From the NCBI GenBank assembly GCA_021766785.1, contig JAICBP010000084.1, positions 150,352 through 214,351 of the forward strand: 64,000 nucleotides of DNA, written 5' to 3'. Within the stretch, counting starts at the first letter, position 1. The number at the start of each line of letters is the position of its first letter. A program made the translations under genes and the position numbers. Below are positions 1 to 8,067 of the stretch, in pieces. Origin of the DNA: Sulfurimonas sp. endosymbiont of Alviniconcha boucheti. Its GTDB lineage: Bacteria; Campylobacterota; Campylobacteria; Campylobacterales; Sulfurimonadaceae. The notes beneath the pieces were generated by a model. The model did not search any database. It was not told the origin of the DNA and saw nothing but the letters and a program-made list of their open reading frames with translations.

Positions 1-957
1 GATGAAGTAAATTTATGGTCAGTTTTTGAGAGAGATATTTTCCCTTTTTATGCAGATGGAACTACTCTTATTTTAGATAAAATTAAAAATAAAACCAAAG
101 CAATAACTAGAAGAAAAACTGAATCTGCAAAAAGTAGAAAAGAATCAGATTTAGATACTATAAATACAGAAATAGAAGCATTGTTGACGGAGATTAAAAC
201 AACTGCAAATAATTTTTTAAAAAAGCATTTTTATGAAAATAATGATGTCATAAAAATAGATTTACAATTTAAGAAAAAATTCACACTTCAAAATATAAAT
301 AAGAATTTATGGGAAGATGGGAATGACCCAATAAGACATAGTGAACTTCATATTAAGTTAGTTGTTGAGCAATTTATGGAAGATGATACTTGGAAGCCAC
401 TAGAGAGGGTTCAGTCATTTTTAAATGAAGCACAGCTTACTAGGATTGCCATTGCTATCCGTATAGGTGCATTAAGAGCAAGAGTTCAACAAGGTGTAGA
501 TTTTAAAATACTTGTTTTGGATGATATGCTAAACAGTCTTGATATGTCAAATAGAGTAGATGTAATGAGAATAATTTTAAATAAAGAGAATAATCCAGAA
601 TTACAATATTTTGATACTTATCAAAAAATTATTTTAACTCATGACAAAGGATTTTTCAATCTTCTTAAAAGACATACAAATGATGAGCAATGGGTGTATT
701 ATAAATTTACAAAAGATGAAACTAAAAATGAAGCACCTAAAGTTAAAAAAGATTTAACACATATGCAAAAAGCTCAGAAATATTTTGATGAAGATGAGTT
801 TGATGCTTGTGGGAATGAACTCCGAAAAGAAGCAGAAAATATTTTTACAAATTTTTTAGACCCTGAGATGAAAAATGTCAAGGATGAATTTAAAGCATTA
901 TCTAAAAAAATAGAAAAAGTATATCATAATTACTACATGCTAAACACAAAAATTTAA
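1..957 (+). CDS. SMC/Rad50-like ABC-type ATPase, C-terminal part (5' end outside window; ends at a premature stop)
   Basis: Frame 1 is open from base 1 (DEVNLWSVFERD...), so tracked ORF 181..957 is only the first in-frame TTG. ABC-signature-like LNEAQLTRIAIAIRIGAL, Walker B/D-loop KILVLDDMLNSLD, H-loop IILTHDKGFF. A K/E-rich coiled-coil-like stretch precedes them. Family call from motifs only. Confidence 0.6.
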   Translation, partial: DEVNLWSVFERDIFPFYADGTTLILDKIKNKTKAITRRKTESAKSRKESDLDTINTEIEALLTEIKTTANNFLKKHFYENNDVIKIDLQFKKKFTLQNINKNLWEDGNDPIRHSELHIKLVVEQFMEDDTWKPLERVQSFLNEAQLTRIAIAIRIGALRARVQQGVDFKILVLDDMLNSLDMSNRVDVMRIILNKENNPELQYFDTYQKIILTHDKGFFNLLKRHTNDEQWVYYKFTKDETKNEAPKVKKDLTHMQKAQKYFDEDEFDACGNELRKEAENIFTNFLDPEMKNVKDEFKALSKKIEKVYHNYYMLNTKI

Positions 958-1255
958 AAAAATTTTTTAATAATCATTTAACTTTGGATATTAAAAAATA
1001 AGGAAGAAGATATGATGTATAATGATGACATTTATATCAGGAAAAAACTATTAAAGCTACGACAAACTTGCATAATTTTTTAATCACTCAAAACAGAATA
1101 CCAAAAGAAGATATAGAACATACAAAGAGATACTTAACAGAGTTTTAAACTCTGCTTCCCATCATAGTGACAACCCTTTACATAGACAAGAGTTAAAAAA
1201 TGCAATTAATCATATGATAGTATTAAAAGAATTGTTAGAAAATGAAACGAACTAA
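958..1255 (+). pseudogene. Frameshifted 3' remnant of the preceding ATPase gene, with a HEPN-like R-x6-H tail
   Basis: The reading frame hops between all three frames at A/T homopolymer runs (KKFFNNHLTLDIKK*, MMYNDDIYIRKKLLKLRQTCIIF*, FFNHSKQNTKRRYRTYKEILNRVLNSASHHSDNPLHRQELKNAINHMIVLKELLENETN*). The last piece has no start codon and carries RVLNSASH. Confidence 0.45.
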
Positions 1256-1322
1256 ATTCACTAAAATAAATTAATCTATTTTTTGTTATAATACAGATAT
1301 AAAACTAATAAAGAAGATTCAA

Positions 1323-1505
1323 ATGGCAGTTAAACACATAAATGAAAATGCAAAAGAAGAGAGTGGTATTTTGCTTTCAGGTAGTGATGCAACAAAAGTT
1401 TTTTCTAAGATTTATATAAAAAATCTTATGGAAAAAGGATATATTCCTGCTGATGATTTTTCCAAACAAGCATTACCTGCAAAAGGTATAATTATTGCAA
1501 AGTGA
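1323..1505 (+). CDS. hypothetical small protein
   Basis: 60-codon ORF preceded by a TGnTATAAT-like element (ttgttataat, about 1283-1292). No recognisable motifs. Confidence 0.3.
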   Translation: MAVKHINENAKEESGILLSGSDATKVFSKIYIKNLMEKGYIPADDFSKQALPAKGIIIAK

Positions 1506-1569
1506 TTTTATATAAAAGTACAGGTTATTATGATAAAATACTTGTACTTTAAAAATAAGGATATTGATA

Positions 1570-1758
1570 ATGCAAACATTAACAATAAATATTCAGAATG
1601 AGACTTTAATGGAAAAAGTTTTATGGATGCTAGAGTATTTTAAAAATGATGGATTAGAAATATCTTCCAAAGAAGATGTTAAAGATTTAAAACTATTAAA
1701 AGCGACAAGAGATGAAGAGAAAGTATCTTTTGAAAGTTATTTAAAAAATGAAAATTGA
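1570..1758 (+). CDS. putative type II antitoxin (partner of the RelE/ParE remnant)
   Basis: ATG at 1570 lies 8 nt after taagga. The small acidic protein overlaps the downstream toxin-like ORF by 11 nt, the typical TA arrangement. A related 28-codon fragment (MQNIAIQVQDDYISDF...) occurs at 41592-41678. Confidence 0.5.
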   Translation: MQTLTINIQNETLMEKVLWMLEYFKNDGLEISSKEDVKDLKLLKATRDEEKVSFESYLKNEN

Positions 1759-1962
1759 AATTAGAAAAAGTGCTATTAAAGACTTAAAAAATATTTCAGA
1801 GCCATTCAAAACTAAATTGCATAACAAAATTTTAGAGCTAAAAAACTTACAAATTTTGAACCAGCATATAGACTAAGAGTAGGAAATTATAGAATTTTAT
1901 TTGATCTTTCAGATGAAATAATTATTATCGTTAGAGTTTTACATAGGCAAAGTAGTTACTAA
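1748..1962 (+). pseudogene. RelE/ParE-family toxin, frameshifted
   Basis: N-terminal piece MKIEIRKSAIKDLKNISEPFKTKLHNKILELKNL stops at 1876. The C-terminal piece in the +1 frame, NFEPAYRLRVGNYRILFDLSDEIIIIVRVLHRQSSY*, carries the hallmark YRLRVGNYRILF...V.HR..Y of RelE/ParE toxins. Confidence 0.7.
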
Positions 1963-2093
1963 AAGATATGGCAAAACCTCGTAGCCGATAAATGTCCTAG
2001 AGGTTATTTATCAGCTAAAGTTAGTCGTTGTAAGCACAGACAAACTTTTTCTAAAAATTAACTATTAAATAAAATAAAAAGAGAGAATAATAA

Positions 2094-3377
2094 ATGGATT
2101 TTATATTAAGTTCTTTTACACCAGACATAGTTTTAAACATTGTATATAGTTCCTATATAGAAGATTATTTAATATATTTTGCATTGTTATTAAGTGGATA
2201 TATCGCAATAACTTATTTTTTAGGATATTTAATAGGTAAAATACCTTATATTAATAAAGTTTTCAATTTTAAAAAAATTTTATCATTTTTTATAATTTTA
2301 CCATTTGTGATTATATTAGTAAAAATAAAACTAAATCTTGATTCATCAAATATATTTTTAGAGAAATTCTTATTTATAACTATATTTTTAAGTTTATCTA
2401 CATTATTGTTTATATATGCAGGAACAAAAGGATTATTACAAAATAATTACGGATTAATTAGATTATGTATTGATTATATTTTTGCGATTAATATTATAAT
2501 TCTTTCAAGTCTATACTATTATAAAACACAGGCAAATAATAATATTAACATGGTTACAAAATTAATTAAAAATGATATACTTAAAAAGATAAAGTATTTA
2601 CAAGATACAGATGATACTGATTATATACTTGCAAAATTAATTGTAAATTATTATGTACAATCTATTAATAATTACACAGATAAATTAAAGAAAAAAGAAA
2701 AAAAGATAATCAATAATTTTAATACTAAAATTATTGATTATGATAAGAGATATACTGAGTTATCTGAAAAAATAACCACTTCAAATCAATTGATTTCAGA
2801 TCTTGAATCGACTTATAAAAATAAAATTAAAATTGTTGATAAAGAAATAGATGAAGAAAAATTAAGACTAAAAGCAATATATGAAGAATGGAAAAATAAT
2901 GTTAAAAGCAATATTAATAATTTAGATAAATTATCAAAAAAATATAAGTTTGAGATTGAAGCTTTAGAGAATAATAAAGATTTAATTACTCATTTACAAA
3001 ATGAATTAAAATTAATAGAACGAAAGAACTCTCAATTAAATATTAAATTATTAGAAGTAAATAATTTAATTTCTAAAAATCATAATGATATTGAAAGTAA
3101 AAATAAGTTATTGAAAGAATTATCTGACAATGTAAAAAAAAATAAAATAGATATAAATTCAATAAATACAATAAGTTCCAAGAATACTATTAATATTAAT
3201 GCACAAACAAAAGAAATTGACAAAATTAAAACTATTCAAGTTCAATTAAACAAAAATAAAACAAGTCTTGATTTAATTAAAGTAAAAATAGATACCGCTA
3301 ATAAAATAATCAAGAAAAAAGAAAATAAGAACTTAATAAAAGAAGATAACAGTTCAACTGTTAAAAAGAGCTTATAA
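2094..3377 (+). CDS. membrane protein with long C-terminal coiled-coil (function unknown)
   Basis: 427 aa. The first ~140 aa contain about four hydrophobic helices. The remaining ~290 aa are K/N/I/E-rich heptad-like sequence. Extremely AT-rich coding region. Confidence 0.55.
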   Translation: MDFILSSFTPDIVLNIVYSSYIEDYLIYFALLLSGYIAITYFLGYLIGKIPYINKVFNFKKILSFFIILPFVIILVKIKLNLDSSNIFLEKFLFITIFLSLSTLLFIYAGTKGLLQNNYGLIRLCIDYIFAINIIILSSLYYYKTQANNNINMVTKLIKNDILKKIKYLQDTDDTDYILAKLIVNYYVQSINNYTDKLKKKEKKIINNFNTKIIDYDKRYTELSEKITTSNQLISDLESTYKNKIKIVDKEIDEEKLRLKAIYEEWKNNVKSNINNLDKLSKKYKFEIEALENNKDLITHLQNELKLIERKNSQLNIKLLEVNNLISKNHNDIESKNKLLKELSDNVKKNKIDINSINTISSKNTININAQTKEIDKIKTIQVQLNKNKTSLDLIKVKIDTANKIIKKKENKNLIKEDNSSTVKKSL

Positions 3378-3525
3378 CAAATACTAGGAGAGAGACAAGT
3401 GAAAACCCAATTTTAGAGAATGCTTCACTTGCCTTTGATGTTTATAATATCCCTAAAATTCAAAAAAATTGCACTTGATTTTAGAATTGGCATATTACCA
3501 TCTAGTGAGAAGTCATATCTGTCTA

Positions 3526-5112
3526 TTAGTCTCTCTGCTTTCCTACAAAGAAACCACCTGCCATACCAAGAGGCACAACAGTAGTATAAAACAGAAGTCT
3601 ATCACTTAATTCACTAACAAAACTAAGACATAAAGCAAAAAACATTACTAAAGATACAAGTGTAAAAGAGCCGCTTCCAGCAAATACCATAGCAAGCAAC
3701 GGAAGAAAGACTCCTGCTACTACAAGAGAGAGTAAACGCCACAATTTTATAACAGCAAAATTTTCATAAAGTAATCTTTTTGTTCGTTGGAGTTGGTACT
3801 TATTTTCTTGAAATGTATCAAGGGTTCTAGTATCTTCATAAGTAAAAAAAAGTTGCATAAGTGCCCCTAACATTCCCATAGCTATAAGAGGAGTAACCGC
3901 ATCACTCAAACTAAGTAAAGAACTTAAGAGTGCAAGTAAAAAGATGCCCACATAAGCAACACCAAAAAACTTTAAGTTTGTTGTGATTCTATTCCATGAT
4001 GGGCGAGCTTTTATACGGTAAATCATTGCTTGAGCATAGATACCATAAGTACCAACAGCTAAAGTAAAAGCTTCGACTACTAAACGTACAATGGCGTTTA
4101 CTTTAAAAAAATATATCGCAACAACCCCACTCATAAGAGCGACAAAGAGACCAAGTGCAGCAGCTTCACGACTTAACCAAGAACTCTTAATATTTTTCAT
4201 AGCAGTCATAGCTAAAAATGGACGACCAAGATGAAGAGCCGAGAGAGGAAGTCCTAAGAGAGCTGGAAGCATCACACAAAGAGCCATGATAAAGTTCGTC
4301 TTCTCAAAACCAAAGAGACTCATAATATCACCTAAAAAGAGTACTAAAAAGCCACCAAGAGAGATCTGAGTAAGTATAGTCATAAAAACAAGAGGAATCT
4401 CTTTATGAGCAGGTTTGAGTATATGCTCATCCATCTCTTTCATATTTTCTGGAAGATTCTCTGGAAGTGTATATCTGGTTGTAGAGTTTGTAATACGAGC
4501 ATCAGGTAAAAATGGCATATTTGCCTGCTTATCTATCTTTTCACTCAACCACTCTTCTATATTTACTGTCTCAATCTCTATAGCTCCTGCTGGACATGCT
4601 TGCACACAAGCTGGAGACTGTCCTACATCTAAACGCTCATGACACATATGACACTTTGTGACAATATTACGCTCTTCATGAAAGACTGGCACACCATAAG
4701 GGCAGTTCCAAGTACAGTACTGGCACCCTATACAAGTCTCATCATCATGTACAACAATTCCTGTCTCAGCAATTTTAATATAAGATTCTGTAGGACAACC
4801 ACGAAGACATTCTGGATCTATACAGTGGTTACAGCTCATAGAGTTAAGTATCTGCGTGAAGGCAGGGAAGTCACCTCCCTCCATCTCACCAACACGGCGC
4901 CATTTTATATCTGCAGGATTATTGTTCTGCTCATTACATGCCACCTCACAACATCTACACCCAACACAAGCAACAGCATCAAAATGAAAACGGTACTGTT
5001 CACCCTCTTTAAGTTTTGGAATATCGATAGAGTAAGAGCCACACTGCATACCTGTATCTGCCTTGTGATCTATAAAACTCTCTAAAGGTGTCTGCATATA
5101 ATTTATCTCCAT
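3526..5112 (-). CDS. fusion of a four-cluster 4Fe-4S ferredoxin domain (DmsB/NrfC-like) with a DmsC-family membrane anchor
   Basis: Cys motifs CVGCRCCEVAC, CNHCIDPECLRGCP, CIGCQYCTWNCP, CHMCHERL...CVQACP. About 8 TM helices follow, with the DmsC-type LHLGRPFLAMTAMKNIKSSWLSREAA. No Tat or Sec signal, and no molybdopterin subunit nearby. Confidence 0.8.
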   Translation of the reverse strand: MEINYMQTPLESFIDHKADTGMQCGSYSIDIPKLKEGEQYRFHFDAVACVGCRCCEVACNEQNNNPADIKWRRVGEMEGGDFPAFTQILNSMSCNHCIDPECLRGCPTESYIKIAETGIVVHDDETCIGCQYCTWNCPYGVPVFHEERNIVTKCHMCHERLDVGQSPACVQACPAGAIEIETVNIEEWLSEKIDKQANMPFLPDARITNSTTRYTLPENLPENMKEMDEHILKPAHKEIPLVFMTILTQISLGGFLVLFLGDIMSLFGFEKTNFIMALCVMLPALLGLPLSALHLGRPFLAMTAMKNIKSSWLSREAAALGLFVALMSGVVAIYFFKVNAIVRLVVEAFTLAVGTYGIYAQAMIYRIKARPSWNRITTNLKFFGVAYVGIFLLALLSSLLSLSDAVTPLIAMGMLGALMQLFFTYEDTRTLDTFQENKYQLQRTKRLLYENFAVIKLWRLLSLVVAGVFLPLLAMVFAGSGSFTLVSLVMFFALCLSFVSELSDRLLFYTTVVPLGMAGGFFVGKQRD

Positions 5113-5172
5113 ATATCAATGGCAAGATTATACTCTCTGTAGATTGAAATAGTTCTATATTTTGTTTAACTT

Positions 5173-5268
5173 TTAATCATCTAAATCTTCTTTATCCATA
5201 ACAAAGCCCACCATTAATAAACCAAGAACAAAGAGACTTACTGCTCCAATATAAAAGTAATTTATCAA
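5173..5268 (-). CDS. possible 31-aa hydrophobic peptide
   Basis: TTG start overlaps the TGA of the upstream gene (TTGA) and lies 5 nt after AGGAG. Sequence (M)INYFYIGAVSLFVLGLLMVGFVMDKEDLDD. Too short for the ORF track. Confidence 0.3.
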   Translation of the reverse strand: MINYFYIGAVSLFVLGLLMVGFVMDKEDLDD

Positions 5269-5762
5269 ACTTTCTCCTTCTCTTTTGCCATAGCGAGTAA
5301 AGCAGTTTTACCTTTTTTTGAGATAAATGCAGAATTTTCAAAATAGTATGCATTATCTCTATTTTGAATAAAAACACCCTCTTCTAAATTTATCACTTTA
5401 AGAATTGTATCCCACTCTATCACTTTCTCTTGAGTATGGATCCCCTCATTATCTATTGTAAAATTTACTTCCAAATTTTTTGGAGTATTTTTTTTATAAA
5501 AACGTTGTAGTATTAGTTTTCTAAAATACCACCTACCATAATACCAATATATAACAAGAAAGGTAGAAATGAATAGTATTCCATAACTATTATGCTTCAA
5601 TGTACCAACTATACCAAACTGAACAAGAGCTACAAAAAACCATCCTATGTAGCGTTTATTGGAGTGTCGCATATCGTAGTCATAATAGAGCTTACTTGTT
5701 TTAAGTGCAAGCTCTTTGTTCCACATAAAACTAACTTCTATACTCTTAGACATGCTCTTCAC
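5265..5762 (-). CDS. YcxB-like membrane protein (two TM helices plus a bPH-like domain)
   Basis: 165 aa. A central TM hairpin is followed by EVNFTIDNEGIHTQEKVIEWDTILKVINLEEGVFIQ..., resembling the YcxB family. Overlaps the upstream ORF. Confidence 0.5.
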   Translation of the reverse strand: MKSMSKSIEVSFMWNKELALKTSKLYYDYDMRHSNKRYIGWFFVALVQFGIVGTLKHNSYGILFISTFLVIYWYYGRWYFRKLILQRFYKKNTPKNLEVNFTIDNEGIHTQEKVIEWDTILKVINLEEGVFIQNRDNAYYFENSAFISKKGKTALLAMAKEKEKV

Positions 5763-6351
5763 ACTCCTCTATCATTAATTCACTTCTCTCTATGCACCCT
5801 GCATTCTCAAGCTCCTCTAATAGTTTGCTTGTTTGAATATAAAGTGCATCATATACACCTCTGTTTTTAGCATATAAATTACTCTGCTTTTTACCATACC
5901 AGTAAGCAATTGCTACTGTTGAGGCAAATATAGTATATATCAAGGACTGCCACTCTTTTAAATTTAAAAGGACTATAAAATACTGAACAGAAAAAAGAAC
6001 AAAAAATTCTATTGAAAAGATGATAACAAGGGTAGCACTCTGTTCGAAATCAAGTGTATATTTTTCTAACTCTTTAAGCTTTAGCAAATTTTCATTAACT
6101 TCTTGTGCTTTTACTTTACAATCTTCTTTTAAATCATCTATTTTAATATCTCGAAGATGAATATTTGAGAGATTATACTCCACATTTGTCTGCATATAAT
6201 CTTCAAGTAGTTGAGGATTTGCATCAAGAATCTGTAGTATCTCCTCTTCGCTTAACCTTTTTTTTCCTGCAGCTCTTTGAACATCCTGCATAACAAGATC
6301 ATAAAGTCCAATAGTTTTTATCTCTTTAGCAACCCTTTGTAAGTTTATCAA
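5746..6351 (-). CDS. hypothetical membrane protein
   Basis: 201 aa with a soluble charged N-terminal half and two TM helices. Same strand as, and immediately downstream of, the oxidase genes. The start is uncertain (TTG at 6351). Confidence 0.5.
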   Translation of the reverse strand: MINLQRVAKEIKTIGLYDLVMQDVQRAAGKKRLSEEEILQILDANPQLLEDYMQTNVEYNLSNIHLRDIKIDDLKEDCKVKAQEVNENLLKLKELEKYTLDFEQSATLVIIFSIEFFVLFSVQYFIVLLNLKEWQSLIYTIFASTVAIAYWYGKKQSNLYAKNRGVYDALYIQTSKLLEELENAGCIERSELMIEECEEHV

Positions 6352-6411
6352 CTCTATTTCCTTGTTTTTTTGGAAAGTAGTAGGGGTAGATATCCCTACC
6401 TAAGATATTTT

Positions 6412-8067
6412 CTACTCTTCTTCTAGTTTGTAAGATGCACTCTTATCTTTTGATGGCAAGAAGATTCCAACAACTCCTTTAATACCAACACTCATAACAA
6501 TGTTGTACAAGAAAATTGCCCAAGCAAGAAGTAACATACTGCCAAAGATAGCTGCAAAAATCATCTCAGGATTGAACTCTCCACCTACATAGAGGTGACG
6601 GCGAAGCATTCCATTCAGTCCTGCCATTCCCATAAATGCACCCATACCAATACCACCTATTAAGTGTAACCAAAAGTGAATATTTGAGAGTTTACTTGAA
6701 TATAACTTTGTTCCATTAGTAATAAGTGGCCAGAGTACATAAACAGCACTATACAGTGTCATATAAAGCCCAACAATAAGTGCAATATGAACATGAGCAC
6801 CAATAATCCACTGGGTATTATGTAAAACACGGTTCATACCCATATCTGCTTGAATGATTGCAGCAGGAACAGCTAAACCAAAACCAGATAAACCACCAAG
6901 AAGATACTTTAACTCCATACTCATTTTAAGTGGTCGTGCTTTCCAGAGTGTTACAAGTGTAATAAATAGTGCAAGTCCTTGAGTAAGTAACTCAAACGCC
7001 GTAACCATTTCACCAGAGATAAGTTTCATCATCTCTGGTTGCCCTTGATCACCAAGAAGGTGGTGAGACCATACCATCCAAGAAACAAGAAGCTCAAGCA
7101 TTAATGCAGCACGAGCCACATTTTCCATAAATAGTTTTTGTCCTGTAATTAGGGTAGCAAGTAGATACCAAGAACCAGCAACATATATAAGTACTAAACC
7201 ATCAGCAACAAGATCAAGACCCCACCAGAAGTAATTTTTATATAAAAGTGCGTCTATTGCTGTTACATCAAGTGCATAACCACTTGCATCAAAGATAAGA
7301 TATACAAGTATTAAAACGCCAGCACTTAGAATAACTAGTGCATCTAAAAATGTATCAACTGTACCACGGAAAATCGCAACAACAGGAAGTGCAAGTGCTG
7401 GCTCTTTTGAGTAAGGCTCTTTTCCTCGAAGTTTATTAATAAGATTTAAAAATCCATCAATACCAAAACCAGAGATAAGTAACTCTTTAGTGGTTTTGTT
7501 TTTATGTACACCAACACGAGCAAAAATCGTTGCATAAATATTATAAATGAAAAGAAGTGTACCAACCATAATAAGTGCTACACCAACAATAAATACTATA
7601 CCACCTAGAACATGAAACTGATGAGTATCAGCAGGAAGTGGCCAATAGAGTGTATAAAGTGGTGCATAATTCCATACAAATGCAGCTATCCATGCTAAAG
7701 CAGTCCCTATAGTAATAAACAACCAACTAGCATTAGCAACTTTCACACTGAAAAGTGGTTTTTTTGTTAAAAACGGCACCAAAAATGTAAATGCACCAAA
7801 AACAAGCTGATAAGTTGATCCAAAGATACCTACAATTGGATGCACTGTCATAATAGAGAAAAAATGTTCAGGATGAAAAAATTGATCTGGAATTGGATTT
7901 AATGGGGAGTGTCCCACTTCTACCATCCTCATAATCATTCCTTCAATAGCAACTAAACCATAAAATAAAAACGCCATGACTACAGCACGAAGTGTCACTT
8001 TTTGAAGTGCATTTAAACTTGTATGGTCAAAGTTCGTACCATCTATTAAATTTTTAGTAAAACTCAT
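6412..8067 (-). CDS. heme-copper oxidase superfamily subunit I, NO-reductase-like, with Asp replacing one active-site His ligand (gNOR-type as I recall the naming)
   Basis: 12+ TM helices. Heme His MTVHPIVG. FWWGLDLVADG aligns with WWWVIHLWVEAT of the NorB in this window (H to D). HH pair VWSHHLLG; HxH pair IGAHVHIAL. Confidence 0.8.
   Translation of the reverse strand: MSFTKNLIDGTNFDHTSLNALQKVTLRAVVMAFLFYGLVAIEGMIMRMVEVGHSPLNPIPDQFFHPEHFFSIMTVHPIVGIFGSTYQLVFGAFTFLVPFLTKKPLFSVKVANASWLFITIGTALAWIAAFVWNYAPLYTLYWPLPADTHQFHVLGGIVFIVGVALIMVGTLLFIYNIYATIFARVGVHKNKTTKELLISGFGIDGFLNLINKLRGKEPYSKEPALALPVVAIFRGTVDTFLDALVILSAGVLILVYLIFDASGYALDVTAIDALLYKNYFWWGLDLVADGLVLIYVAGSWYLLATLITGQKLFMENVARAALMLELLVSWMVWSHHLLGDQGQPEMMKLISGEMVTAFELLTQGLALFITLVTLWKARPLKMSMELKYLLGGLSGFGLAVPAAIIQADMGMNRVLHNTQWIIGAHVHIALIVGLYMTLYSAVYVLWPLITNGTKLYSSKLSNIHFWLHLIGGIGMGAFMGMAGLNGMLRRHLYVGGEFNPEMIFAAIFGSMLLLAWAIFLYNIVMSVGIKGVVGIFLPSKDKSASYKLEEE

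Noticed and set aside
1981-2040. Relatively GC-richer stretch with small inverted repeats (gataaat/atttatc, acctc/gaggt) after the RelE remnant as a possible ncRNA
   Set aside because: The stems are short, partly mutually exclusive and without recognisable family features. No support beyond local composition.
2600-3370. Possible tandem repeat or CRISPR-like periodicity in the K/N-rich part of the 427-aa ORF
   Set aside because: The apparent repetition is compositional (AAA/AAT-rich coiled-coil coding). I found no exact repeat units or spacer structure.
4415-5085. Two plus-strand ORFs (75 and 148 aa) inside the FeS/DmsC gene
   Set aside because: They are antisense to a strongly supported CDS and have low-complexity, Cys/Ser/Ile-rich translations typical of shadow frames. 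No SD or motifs.
5192-5377. 61-aa minus-strand ORF overlapping the 3' end of the YcxB-like gene
   Set aside because: It is out of frame with and overlaps a better-supported gene. The shorter coupled 31-codon ORF (5173-5268) explains the intergenic coding potential better.
6365-6411. Hairpin gtaggg...ccctac downstream of oxidase subunit I as an intra-operon terminator
   Set aside because: The stem is only 6 bp, and on the transcribed (minus) strand it is followed by an A-run rather than a T-run. It may modulate the mRNA but cannot be called a terminator.
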